A stretch of DNA of 64,000 bases from Paramecium tetraurelia (lineage: Eukaryota): assembly GCA_000165425.1 (NCBI GenBank), contig CT867985.1, positions 62,001 to 126,000 of the forward strand, in the 5' to 3' direction. Under the pieces are notes generated by a model, which was given only the letters and a program-made list of their open reading frames with translations, ran no database searches and was not told where the DNA came from. The translations under genes were made by a program, and so were the position numbers. How positions within the stretch are numbered: position 1 is the first letter of the stretch; each line of letters opens with the position of its first letter. This document shows, one piece after another, positions 1 to 15,110 of the stretch.

Positions 1-2
1 AA

Positions 3-1245
3 TTCACAAGAGAAAGCTAATTATTACAAGATTTATAAAACAAATTAAAAAAAACAGCAGAAAGACATTATGATCTATCACTTAAATTGTAAGAATGGGC
101 AGAAAAAGAAAATAGACTGGCTAATGAATTGGATGCAAGAACTTAAAGTGTTGAAAAGATGGAATAAGAATTGTAAAATGTATTTAATAAACAAACTGAT
201 TTAGAATCAAAATAAATAACTATTATAGAAAGAATACTTATATTGGAGTCTACTAATTAATAACTTTTGGAATAAGAAGCAATGACAAAAAATAAATTAA
301 AGGAAAAAAAAGATTATATATAGGTTTTATGTAAGAATTTAGTTGAGATGGATGAAAAATTGTTGTAACTTAGAAATAGAATGGCTTTATATTCATAAGA
401 GGGTCGATAATTGGCAGAATTAGTAGGGAACTAAGAAAACGAAAGGGAAAATTAAATGAGTCATTTACAAGCGATTAAGGAAGAATTAGAATAAATAGAA
501 TTAGAGAAGAAAGAAAAAATATCATTAATTTAATAGATAAAAAAAGAAATATCAGATAATTCTCAAGACAAGGAAAGACTTGAGTTAGAATTTATTACTA
601 TTTATAGTAAGAATTCTTAACTTAAAGCTTAAATAGGATTCGAAGAAGTTTAGTATTAAAAATTGTTATAAGAATTTGAAATTCTGAAGAAGAAAGATTA
701 GATTAAATATTAAAATCTTTACAGAGACGGAAGCACTTAAATTGAATATGAGTAAGATTAGTTTGAAAGTTTAATTAATGAAATGTAATTCTCCAAAATA
801 ACAAAAGATGAAGTTTTATTTTTAAAGAAAAATTGTTAACAAAATCTTTAAATGTTAACTCAAAGTGATGGAAACCAATAATATTTTAATAATAATCATA
901 TATTAAAAAAGATTTTGCATTTATAATAATTGCTAATAAAGTGTTAAGAAAATGAGAATTAGATTTTGATTGAACAAAATTCTAGGAGGTCTTCCATATT
1001 AGGTTTCAGAGATGAAGAATAAGCATAAAATTAAACATTTGTTTTAGAATAAGTAAGTGAACATTAATATATTTTAGATTGATTAATTCTAATGTAAGAC
1101 TACAATTGTGGAAATTCACATTAATGAATAATGTTTGATTATTGAGAGTAATAATAACAAGGAATAGTAAAAGTTTTTAATAATTATATAGAAAACATTT
1201 ATAATAAAAGATGGCTAGATAATGGATTTTAGATAAACAATTTGA
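3..1245 (+). CDS. Coiled-coil protein, 5'-truncated by the window edge
   Basis: Open under the ciliate code (AERHYDLSLKLQEWAEKENRLANELDARTQSVEKMEQE...), E/K/Q-rich. A 25-nt GTAAGT..TTTAG intron at 1053-1077 extends the frame to TGA at 1243-1245. Confidence 0.7.
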
Positions 1246-1446
1246 TTCCAACAATGATTTATATCCTTTAGGCATTTTGCATATTGTTTTCAAAGTAGTT
1301 ATATTGCATAAATTTATAGGTTTCTATTTATCAAGTTATCAATATTGCATTGACTGGTTCAAAGGTTTTATAATTATATTAATTATTATTATGATAAATA
1401 ATATGAAGTGTTTAATATATAAATGAGATTAGATTAATTAAATATT

Positions 1447-3088
<1,642 letters not shown>

Positions 3089-3468
3089 TAAAATTTATAA
3101 TATAATATTTTTCAATTTATTCAAATAAATATTCATTTGTATAATTACTATTAAAAAATGAATCTTAAATATATTTAAATGGAGATTAATTAAAATAAAC
3201 AAGAGCATTGATATTTCGATTGAACTAAAATTATTAATAAATTATATGATCTCATTTTGGAAAGAAGTACTCTTGCATTTCTTAAGTATTAAAATAAACC
3301 TGTACTTTTTATTTCATAGTGCAAATTCCCTCTTATTTTAAACCTCTAATTTAGTGGTTCTATACATTTTTATTAAAAATAGTGTGGAAGACTAATTACC
3401 AATAATAACCTAGTGTTGATAATCTTAAATAATATTAATAAATCACACGATATTGATAATTTATAAAA

Positions 3469-6196
3469 TCATTTAATATTTCTGATATAATTTAAAAATT
3501 TTATATCCTTTTTGTTTGCTTATCTAAACTTTTTTTCCTCTGTAATGCTACTTTAACTACTTACAAAGGAATCCCTTAATGAATTAGAACTTTATAAAGA
3601 AAATACTATGTTCTTGTTAGTTTACAACTCCTCAGGAATTGACCTATTTAAATCCTTTTCTTGTCCATTTGATTGAGCTTATTTTGGTTTTTTAAATTTG
3701 ATGGTCCTCTTTTTGCTAGAAGTGCTTGAAAAGCTTATGTTGCTCAGATTAACTAAGCTATTTCGCAAGGAACTAACATCTTGATCTTTGTCTAATTCAT
3801 CAACCATCAAAATTCTTTTGTTATCACTTGTTAATATTTTAGAGTCTTGTTTATTTGTTTTGAGAATCTTGAACTCCTCGTTTTAAACCTAATCCAATTG
3901 TTTAAGTCTTAATGAGGATTCCATTGACTTCTTCCTTATCAATGATAAATTATCAGTTTACTTTGTGTTCCCCATATTAGCCTACCCAAACGTAACAGAC
4001 TTGGACATATTTGAATATTTTTTAATGATGTCCTATACTTTTTTATTTGGACTAATTAATTTTTCATTTTATTCTTAGTCCATCTTCCCACCACTGGAGA
4101 ATTTAAACCTATCCATGGGTTTAACGAAATCTTATAAGCTAATCGACATCATGTCAATTTTCTTGTCGTTATGGTTTCTTTCTGGTGTAACTTCTTGCCA
4201 ATTTGAAAATACGGGAGCAGATGGATTTTAAACATCCTATTAATCTGCCTATTAGGGTTTAGTTGGTAAGGTAGACTGCAGATAGACTCCCTCTACAAAT
4301 TTGTAGTCTGTTTCTTTTCTCTATTCTTAAGTTTAGGGGATTTAGGTTTATGAGGGATCGCTGGGTACTTTAACAAATTCATCTTTTTTTGGAGATTCTT
4401 AGACATTTAATTTTTCAGGTGATTTTCTAGGTTCATATTAATATTCATCAACTTAAGGGTTCTAAACCCTCTCTTCATATTTGTCTGGGCTTTCAAATTC
4501 AGGCGGTTCATCTCCGGAGATGCTGGCAATATTTGTTTGGTTATTTTTCACCTTATTGAAGAGACATTAAGCATTGGAATTGTTTAAATGTTGTTCATTG
4601 CCATAGTGTATTATAGGTTCTGATGACACAGGGATATTTGATGCACTGCCTGGTTATGAAGATCCCAATTTAACAGTGTTCTTTTGGAATGTGATATTGA
4701 ATATGGGACTGACTCTTCTCCATTAGTCATTGAGTAATATGACTTCTTCGATGTGTTTTAATTGCTGATAATATTTGGCTAAAGGTCCATCGATAATTAA
4801 TTTATCATTCAATTCTTTTTAAAACCATGTCAAATGATTGGCTAACAGGTATATATACCCTGGTATAGGAGTTTTCATGGTTATTTTTTCTGAAATGAGG
4901 GTATAAATGTTGATATCTTCAATGAGTATGGTACACCAATAAGGGTGAAAATCACTAATGGCTCTATTGAGGATGTATAACAATAATTTCTCAAAGATTG
5001 AGTGAAAAATATCGGAATTTTTATATTTAAAGTAGATTTAGACAATTTGATTGAATAACTTTAATTAATTCATTTGTTTCCATAATGTAATATTTGAAAT
5101 TCTTGTTAAATTATCGAAAATTTCCAGTAATTTAAGACGTAGAGTTCTGAGTCGTTTATTATCATTTTCTAAGACTTGATTAAATGATTCTACAAATAGG
5201 TTCATTTCTTGTGTAAAGGTGTTCATAAAGTCAGTTTTTTCGAAATCAAGAGTTAATTTTTGATGGTAAGCAATTTCTGAATTTTCTTCGATTATTTTTT
5301 TGGGAATGTTTTCTTCATAGATATTGATGTTTTGCATTTGTAAGGAATAGTAGTTGGAGATGAGTGATAAGATATGAGCTGAACTTTTGGAAAGGAATAA
5401 CTTGTCATGATTTTCTCTTAGACATTTAAACATTTACAGGATGATTTATTTACTGACTATGAATTATACAAGTTTGTGACATAAATCACTTGAAAAGTAT
5501 CTAGTCATTATCTCATGAATCAGGTAAGTGAAGTTAAGGACACTCATCTCTTCCATCACGTTGAAACCACGAAATCCTAATTCAAGGACTTCCAATTTTG
5601 CATCCTCATAATTACCATTTTCAGGGTTGAACAACTGAATGAGTATACTGTTAACTGTGGCTGATTCAAGATGATTCAAGAAGAGTTTGAGCAAATCAAA
5701 TTTGAATATGGTTTAACAAACTTATTTAGGTTCTTTGGATAGTAGAAGAGCGAATAATCTTTAGATGTTTGACCATTAAGGTTCATGGATTTGATCGGGA
5801 GTTTTATGTAATCCTTCAAAGAGAGTTTTAATGGCAGTCTAAGAAGTATAGGAATTAATATTATACTTCCTAGAGAATCATCTAAGTTAAGGGTATAAGA
5901 TCAAGTTCAAAAAATTCAATGGATAGAATTGGGAATATGACAACATTGTCATGGTTTTTTTCTGTAACTTCGTCAATTTATTGCACTATTAAATATAGGA
6001 GTTATTCTGCAATGCTTTTTTGATGCTATCTGATGAAGTCTATCACTTTTAGATTCAGGTTTTTGGCTTATATAAAAAATTCATCCTCAGCCAAAAGTGG
6101 TATGATATTAGATGGATTAGCATGATATTCGTCCATCATGGTTTCCATGGGATGTTTAATAGATGGATTGGTCATTCCATTCAACCACAATAACAT
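3469..6196 (-). CDS. SAPS-domain (SIT4-associated/PP6 regulatory subunit-like) protein with a long disordered C-terminus
   Basis: N-terminus MLLWLNGMTNPSIKHPMETMMDEY...LLAEDEFFIQAKNLNLKVIDFI. Internal LFLNHLESATVNSILIQL and WKQMN...VYFKYKNSDIFHSIFEKLL resemble SAPS. 28-nt intron near 5840-5867. Confidence 0.75.
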
Positions 6197-6215
6197 TTGA
6201 TAAAATAAATATTAA

Positions 6216-7212
6216 TCATAATTATTCCACTTTGCAAGTGTCAACTATCCTAAACCTAAATAGGAAGATCAAAAACTCTCTCCCGATGATCCAAATGATT
6301 ATGAACACTGAAAAATATTGCAGCCATGCCAATTTCATTATCGCAAGTAAACTTACCCATCTTTGAATCAATTGCAATTTAATGTTGTCCAATTTTATAC
6401 TAACTCTCAATTGCTTCTCAGAATTCCCTCCAATCTTTCTACTGATATACCGAGGTCGAACTGAATATGTTCTAGTATAAATCTGCGACAGCATTTCACC
6501 CATCCATTGATTACTCAGGTTATCATCAACTATGATTTCTGAATAATAATCAATATCAAAATTGCTATTATAGGTAATTTCAATTGAATACCTTGATGGC
6601 AATGGTTCTTATTGATAGAATTGAACTTCTCCCGCTATTTGCAATTACGATAGTCCTTAACCACTGATTATTTCAGACTCCTAAAAGTACAAATAACAAT
6701 CAAATTTGAAATGCAAACTTGCAAAGTAACATCTTAGAGGCAATAATATTGTAACCTATTTGATTTTATCTGCATCTGTGAATAATTAGAAATCAAAATT
6801 AAGCTATTCAGGAACATTGTCCGCATTTGTGTCATCCATCAAAGCCTATTCAATTATTATTCATAATTTACTGATATTTTTGATCCTTGCAAAGTCAAAT
6901 ATTAATATGATAACAATTATTCTGATCCGTCGATCTTCTGATATTTTTGATTTGTGAAATGGTACACTAAATCATCTGATGTGATGACGTTTACAAAATG
7001 AAATCCCTCATATTCAATGTCTAATTATTCCTCGAATGTGGATACCATGATCCAGAAGTCTTATTAGTCAGTTGAATACTTTCAGAAGCAAAAACTAGTA
7101 CAAATGGGATCACAATGATACCAAAGTATACTATTATGCAAGTGCATGTAGGAATCGATATCAATTTGCTGGTGTATGTAATTTCAAATTTTTCTCTTGA
7201 TAAAGTAAACAT
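6216..7212 (-). CDS. TMEM231: Transmembrane protein 231 (ciliary transition zone)
   Basis: N-terminal TM (CIIVYFGIIVIPFVLVF) followed by FW..., and a C-terminal KLAWLQYFSVFIIIWII..FLF segment typical of TMEM231. Short introns. Confidence 0.85.
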
Positions 7213-10200
7213 ATATTAATCATTATTATCTCATATATAAACTAATCCAATTAGATGAAATCGTTCTCTATCAAGTCTTCGATATCTTCATTCGCCGTGT
7301 AAATCCTAATGCTATTCAACTGCACCAAATAGTTACACAATTACAGAGAGATTTCCTCCAACTATTGTTGTCCATCCACTTTGATTTACTTAATTATTAT
7401 TTCTCTCTTCTAAGGATCAGTCACATTGGTCTATTCCACCTTGCTGTAATCAACTGAATATTGCTAGAATAAGAAGTTTGAACAGTAGGGCTAATACAAA
7501 AATGGAGTTATGGGTACTCCTATGCCCTAGTTCTCTTGAATCTTAATTCCAAAGTAATCATAAATGAAAATCCATTGATGGAGGAAAAATTCATCTTATT
7601 ACATGAAAGAAATCATTTCCACTAATTTGAGAGCAGCTAGTACCAAATTTTAGTTTGATTGCTTATTTTTGAAAATACTAATCAATAAGGTTAGAAGTGT
7701 TGGCCACATATTTCTAAATAGTTCGTTTAATTAAATTGGTGACAATCTCAAGATCAGAATCCTCACACAAAATAGAATAAGCATAACAAGTCCAGGATTG
7801 GCCGAATCCGATTTTATAACTTCAGAGATCTTTTCAATGAGCAAATCTAATTTCTTCGTATATCTATCTCTCTCTCCACTGAATATCAGAAAACAGATTC
7901 GTTCAAAAGTCCTAATTCTCCTTTTGTTCTCCTCCCCTTCTCTGCTGAAGAAGAACGAAGATTATTAAGCGACCTACTCTAAATACTAAGTGAATAGATC
8001 ACTTCTGCCATACTACACAACCCAATTAATAATCTTAGTCCAATACTTTAAAGTATGCTTTGATTATATGAAGAAGTCCTCTTTGTTGAAAATGTTGAGT
8101 ATTGAGTCTTTATAAACCTTCAATAACACTTGTCTTGCTTTATCTAACTGGAAATACAACATCTCTGAGATCATTTAAACATAAATCTAATTGTATTGAC
8201 TTCTGTTCTCTAAGAGAGGATACAGAATGTCCATCATTTCTTTACATCTCAAAACCACTCGTTCTGTCTTTTCCACAGCATAAGAGTTTTAAAGCAATTC
8301 CAAGGCTACGTTTTTAAGTGTCTTTATGCACATCAACCTGTAGATAGTCTAAATGAAATCCTCAGTCACACTGCTCAATTAACTAAATATTAGTTTCTCA
8401 ATGTCAGTCACTTCATATTGTACCTCTTTATTGAGAGATCTTATGACATTCAAGTATATGTCATATAGAGTTGGAGTTAAAGGAGTCACCACTTTAAATT
8501 TGATTGAATATTACTGAAACAAATCATCTCCTTCAGATTTGATGCCTGGGTCATTCCAAAAGATATTAAGTTTTCCTCCGAATTAAGCCACATATTTTAA
8601 CTTATCATTTATGAATTCATGATGTTGATTTCTGAATCGCTGATCTCCAACTATTTCTTTGGGAGAATATTTACGAGTTAAGAGTAATTACAATTCCAAT
8701 AACCACATATTTGTGCTTGGGGATTTCGATAAAGCCAGTATCTACAGAATTTTCATTATTTACACCCAAAAAGGGAGAAGATTTTCTTTCTTTAACTAAT
8801 TTGGATCTATTTAAGCAAAAGTGAAATAACAATATAAAAAGTATAGGATATTAGTTTCTTGTTGAGAAATCTAGAAATTCAACATTGTGGTTGACAATTT
8901 CTTCCTTCTATAAATATCATAATATTTCTGCAACTCCTATAATTATTAACATTCCAATAGACTGTCCAAGAACAGTTCAATTGGACATTGCATCATAATC
9001 ATAATTTCAATAGTTTTCAATAGAAAAGTGTTTTGATGGAGAGAGAAAGGATCAATCAGAATTTATTCGTTTTCAAAGAACAATTTTTGTAGTAGATTGA
9101 TTTAATTACTCCATACTGAGAGTAAGGCAGTCATGAATTATTTAGAGTAACTCATAAATAATGGTTTCATCATTTATAAGATCTAAGGCTTGACAATGTT
9201 GGTCTCCTTGGTTTGTTACTCTTATAGAATTTTATTGAATGAATTGAATTTGTCAAATGAATACGATCCAATACCCATAGCAGTCATAGTATCAGAGTAT
9301 TTAATGAAGTCTTATCCCAACGACCAACAATTTATATATAATTCAAGAATCGAAGGCAGGGTTGATATAATTACTTCGCAAGTATTCTGAAACTTTTAGA
9401 AAATTAACTTGGTTGTTTTACTTTGATCTTAAACATTTAGCAATCCAAATGTTATCATAGATTTAACTGTGTTGAAAACAGTATTGTCCCCTTTCATCTT
9501 CTCGTAAAACATGTCATCCCTTTCTTGCAATCCAAGAATATGTTTTAAAATGGTCTTCACTCCAATTAGGATGGATTATATTTCATGTTGAGATGACCCT
9601 TAGAGGAAATCGAATTAATTCATCTTCTGATCTGATTTCTATTATTCATATTATCTATTTGCAATATCTTTAATCATTTTAAAATAGGCAGTCAAAATTT
9701 ATTGAACGCAATCAGTCAATGTTTATTATCTCAAATGTTCAGCTAACAAAGGGATGCATGTGCTAATGAAGTGAATGTATTAGGCTCTGACATACAGCAC
9801 ATGAGTATGCATACCCCTCAGAAGAGTAGGAATGAAAATGCTATTACTAACTGATCTACTCATGGTATCTTCAATCAATTCTCTTTGCTCTGGTTGGAAT
9901 TTAGTTCTAAATGAGGAATTGAAGAAAATAACTTTGAACAAATTCAGAATTTACACCTGCATAACTAGATCTTCATTTTCAATTGCATGATATAATACAA
10001 TCTACAAGGGTTGCATGATATACTCAGCAAATTTCAAGGAGACAATTGGATTTTCAACATTGACAATCAATAATTCAATGTATTCACATGCAGATGCATT
10101 AACAGCAGCATTTTCCTTGTAGAATTTCAAAGACATACTTTCTATGGCTTATCCTTACACATATTTCAGACAAATGATGACCAATAAATCTAAGTACATC

Positions 10201-12926
10201 ATGGTGTCCTTTTACATAATGACACTACTTTCATTAGTGAAATGCATACGGATATCCTTGATGTAAGATGAGATCTCTGTCTCTTAGACATATTCCATGA
10301 ATCTAGCACTGAATGAGATAAGAATTGATTTTAGTTTTTTGATGGTTTCATTGATTCTTTTGGTTTCATAAACTTTGGCAAAGAATATCTATTAGTTGTC
10401 AGTCAAATACCAAGATGAACTACTTTAAATTAGAACTTCGAATAGAGGATCCAAGATTCTCTCTAACATTTCTGTTGATTCTAATAACCAATTTTTAGCA
10501 TTGTGTCTTATGATTGGATTCTCGTGATCCAAGAAATCAAGCATCAGAAAGAGTCCCACCTTGTTTAGATCTTATAGTTCCTTATAATGAGTGGCACTTA
10601 ATTTCCAAAAGAGAGCAAATCTTCTGATGGCTGCTTCTTGCATATTTTTGAATTGATGAATTACAACTTCAGTGAAAAATGTTGGGAACACTTTTGATAG
10701 ATTGACAATCATTTCTATGATTCTTTCATGGAAAAAAGGATAGTCAAGAAGATTCCACAATTTCTCTAGAGTAAGTTTGGTATAATCTTATCCCTCAACA
10801 ATTTGATTCTTCAACATTTTTGTCCTACTTTCTTCTATAATCAATTTCTTCAGATTCTCATATATGATATCCACTTTCTCAGATATCAATATCTCAATCA
10901 TACTTTGAATGGCTAATAAAGAGATTGATGGGTTTTCCTCTTTGATGATTTTAGTAATTGATGTAAACCATTTTGGTAGTAGTTGAACTTCCTTGTTTTA
11001 TTTGAATCTTAATCCCTTAATTAATGATTTACTAATTGATTCAAACTCCACTCTTATTTATTCATCTCCATCGAGTATTACATCAGACAAATTCTAATAC
11101 AACTACCCGAATTCTTCAATGGCATCATCATAATTTGACATCTCTGCTGGCCCTACTAATTGTTTATCCAATTATTATGGCAATTGTTCCATTCTAACTA
11201 ATAGTGTGTTCAAAGTGGAACCAGGAGATTGTTTTCTCAATTCTTCAGGTGAAAATTTTGACAAGCAAGTCATCAAATTAGCTGCAGCACTTCTTAATAA
11301 TGTAAATTCTATGGACTTCTCAAAATTATCCTCTTTGGTGATGAGAATAGAAAATAAGAAGTTAATATAAGTGTTGTATACTTTGCTGACCTCATTAACA
11401 ACAATCAACAGAAATGATGTGATTGATTCCAATAACCTTTTGCAAGATTTTACAATTTCTGGATATTTTTTGTGATTAGTCTCAACATATTTAATTAGAT
11501 TAAAGGAGACCTGACCAATCAGTAATTCAACCATATGATCATGTTCCATAAAGAAATTATACAATAATTTAATTGGAAAGACTGCATTTTATTCATTGGC
11601 TTCTTATTGTAAGAATTTGTTAAATGAATTCGCAACATGTTAAAGAATATCTTTATTTTGTTCAGTTATCTAGTACTTGTTATCCATGTCTGGTTTACCA
11701 AATAACCATTAATTGACTCTTCTGGTAACTGATAAATCTTTTCTAATTAGTAATTTCAATGAGGCTTCAACCAATATCTCTTTACTTTCTTAGATGACAT
11801 TCGATTTCAAATGAGTATACATCATATCGAGTGCTTATCTCTTGATCAATTAACTATATAGAATTGGTGATCATACTTTTCATCTTCCAAAGAGGAAATG
11901 AGTGCAGACACATAAAGTGGTGGAAAATTGTTTTCAGGTGTTTCCTCATCGATACCATCTTCAATGATCATCAGAGCTTACTTTCGCTTCAATTCCATAC
12001 TCTATTCTACAACAATAGTTCTCTTTCTAATTTCATTCTATGCCTTGTTATCCATAGCTTATATTATGGAATCATCTTTGATGTCTTCTAAATCTTGATT
12101 ATTTTGAGGAGCTTTCAATTGATTTTGTTACTGTTCTTATGCAATAATCTATTATGATTTCTATTACTCTTCTTCTTCGTATTCATCACTCATGTAATCT
12201 GATTGCTCATCCTCTTATTCCTATTGCATTTTTGGGATCTTCTGAGATAAATACTTTATAGATGAACTATGGTGATATCTGCACAATGTACCTCCTGCAT
12301 TTAGAACTTCGAAGCATGGACATCCACACTGATCCTATGAGAAATTTTCTGCCTGCCGATTGACTCAATTCATCTAATACACTCATGCAATTCTTTTGAT
12401 TAGCTTCTTATTAATCATCCAAACCAGGCAATATACTGGCAACTAATCCTGGTAACATAGGTATTAACTCTCTTCCCAAAGGAACGTAATGTTATTTAAT
12501 TAGATCCAAGAATTATGGTCTTACTTTAGAAGATGCATTCGAAAAAAAGGGTAGCAGTCCAATTGAATATAGGGCGAGATCTTCCAAATACAATTTCACC
12601 ACTCCTGATGGATCTCCTTCAACGCTGAAGCTTGCCATATTTTTGAATAATTGATCATAGATCTTCAATACAGACATGTGAATTGGTGCAGAAAGCTAAT
12701 TAATCGACTAAACTCATACGTGAGGATTTAGACATTACGCTAATCTCTTGCTTAATTATATTTTCTCGATTATGTATGGAGATGGGTGTTATTTCAACAA
12801 CCCTTCGATTTTCATCAATAATGGAGCTATATCAGCCCATTCTTGGTTCTTCTCGAACTTATTTAGATAATATTGTAGATTAGTATTCAAAGACGATGTG
12901 TGCTAAACCAATTTTGATTTATCCAT
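7161..12926 (-). CDS. Dopey family protein (DOP1-like)
   Basis: N-terminal LNKFEKNQEWADIAPLLMKI...LSKRLAQCLNPHLSAPIHMSVLKIYDQLF and LALYSIGLLPFFSNASSKVRP are Dopey-N signatures. About 1900 aa. The 3' end is uncertain (see findings). Confidence 0.9.
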
Positions 12927-12981
12927 TAACTATTTAAATATATTACTAAAGTACAAGAATTAGACATATAAATATATTTTT
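12927..12981. promoter_or_regulatory. Putative bidirectional promoter between Dopey and ferrochelatase
   Basis: 55-nt AT-rich gap between divergent start codons. Confidence 0.5.
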
Positions 12982-14151
12982 ATGAAATCCATTTACCAAT
13001 TCACCAAATTCAGATCCTCCACATATAATCAGTCTCTGCCGTACCTTGAACAAACCAAATTCGATCCCAAAAATCAAACCGCCATTCTTATGCTGAATCT
13101 AGGAGGGTGATCTCTAACAATATAGGCTAGGCCCAATTCATATTAAGAAATCAGTCCATTCTTGGTCAGATTCTTTGAAGACACCACTGTCATTAGAATA
13201 CCTTTCGGTTTGGGTCCATACATAGCTAGATTGAGAGGTCCTGCCAAAATCAATAAGCAATACGAGAAAATAGGAGGCTTCTCTCCTCTCTTCAAATGGA
13301 CAATGGTCCAAGGAATTTTGATGAGCAAGCCATAGGGAAGTGGATTTCTACCAGCATTTCGATATGGCTTACCCCTTCAGGAAGATGCTATTGAGTATGC
13401 CTTTGAGAAAACTGAAGGAAGAATATAAAAATTCTTACTCTTTTCTCAATATCCTCAATATTCTTGTTCAACTGGAGGGAATGCAATAAGAAATGCCATT
13501 GAATTACTACAAAAATATAAGACAATTCAACCGAAATTGGAAGTGTCAGTAATTGATTCTTGGCATAAAAACAAATTCTACATTTCTGCCATGGCTACTC
13601 TGTTGAACAATAAAATTAAGGCTCAGAATTTGGATCCCAAAGATACACTCATTCTATTCACAGCTCATTCTCTACCAGCTGATTTTGTATGGGATGGTGA
13701 GAAATATCCATATTACATCTACGAGTCTTGCTAATTGGTCATTGACAATCTTAAGAATATGGGAGTCTCTATTACTTTTGATTTATCCTACTAATCCAAA
13801 GTAGGCTTGAACAAATGGCTCAGACCTGCCACTCATCATGCTCTCAGTCAATACATCCGGAACAGCAAATTCAAAAACATTCTGATTTCTCCTATGGGAT
13901 TCACTAGTGATCATCTTGAAACACTCTATGAATTAGATATCTAACTCATGGAAGACTTAAAGAAGGATATTGAATCTAGTAAGAAAAATGTGATTAGGGG
14001 TGATTCATTAAATGACCACCCATAATTCATCGCAGCATTGAGTGACCTAGTTACTTAAGGGTTGGGTAACAAAAAGTGCAGCAGCAAGAGAGAAAGATGT
14101 GTAGACTGTAAATTCGAGTAGTGTGACATAGTTAATAAGCATGAGTTATGA
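12982..14151 (+). CDS. hemH: Ferrochelatase (mitochondrial type)
   Basis: TAILMLNLGGP, YEKIGGFSPL, AFRYG, FSQYPQYSCSTGG, LFTAHSLP, YQSKVG...WL, PMGFTSDHLETLYELD, SLNDHP. One 24-nt intron near 13107-13130. Confidence 0.96.
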
Positions 14152-14215
14152 TATTAAATATATATATGCTTGCAATGAAAAATTTTATTATTTTTTAAAT
14201 ATTAATCACACACTT

Positions 14216-14602
14216 ATGATGCAAGGCCCATAATTAACCACAAAAACTATAACGTATGAAAGTGATATATTTGATGTTGAAACTCGATATATACTATTTG
14301 CTTTAGGACCTTGCTTGGATTTAGATTTACAATACTATGTCTTTAACATTTTCAATTAATTTTTAAAGCAAGGTATTTCAATTTGTGAAGTTGATAAGCC
14401 GTTAGAAGGCAGGAAGGAGATTTTCTTTGCTAAATTATAACCTGATATTGATCCTTTATTAGTTCCCAATATTATTGATCAGATACTAAGCCCAATTAAA
14501 GAATTCATTATCAACTTTACAAAAGACGATAAGAATCTTGATTCTCTCTATGATGAGACCATGATATTAATAAAGTAGTTAAATTCTATCAAAATTGAAT
14601 GA
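14216..14602 (+). CDS. Hypothetical protein (~128 aa)
   Basis: Uninterrupted ATG-to-TGA frame under the ciliate code (MMQGPQLTTKTITYESDIFDVETRYILFALGPCLDLDLQYYVFNIF...). Confidence 0.55.
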
Positions 14603-14706
14603 GTTTTTATTATATTTGCTTCATATAATCATAAATATTGTATTTAGAATGACTAATATATATATATAGTTCTTTCTTTAGTAAAATAGTTAAATCAAAA
14701 CAATTT

Positions 14707-15110
14707 ATGGGCTTAGACTTCCAATAAGGGCTTTAACTCTGGTAGTTATTTTTTCAGCAATTGACTAGAGGAAGAATTATGTAAGGATTTCATAAAGAGT
14801 TATGTAACTTTACTTGTATTGGGCACTCCTCTAATCTAAAGGATAAGTTCATATCATTACCGATTAACTTTAAAGACAAATCTACAATTCTCCTTACCAA
14901 TCCTATCTAGATTACCTAAATTATTGGCTGGTTTTGCTCAAATAAAGTGCATTGGTACTATTCAATTCTGGAAAAAGAGTCTAATGTTTATAGGGTCTAT
15001 AGAATCTTCTTTGATTAGTCCTTGAGCCAGACTTGCAAGTTTGTGGGATGTCAAATTTGTCTTATTTTTGGGGCAAATGATATGGATTTTTTAGGTATTC
15101 AAGAACATTG
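14707..15110 (+). CDS. Hypothetical protein (~134 aa)
   Basis: Open frame MGLDFQQGLQLWQLFFQQLTRGRIMQGFHKELCNFTCIGHSS... with coding-like GC. No motif recognised. Confidence 0.3.
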
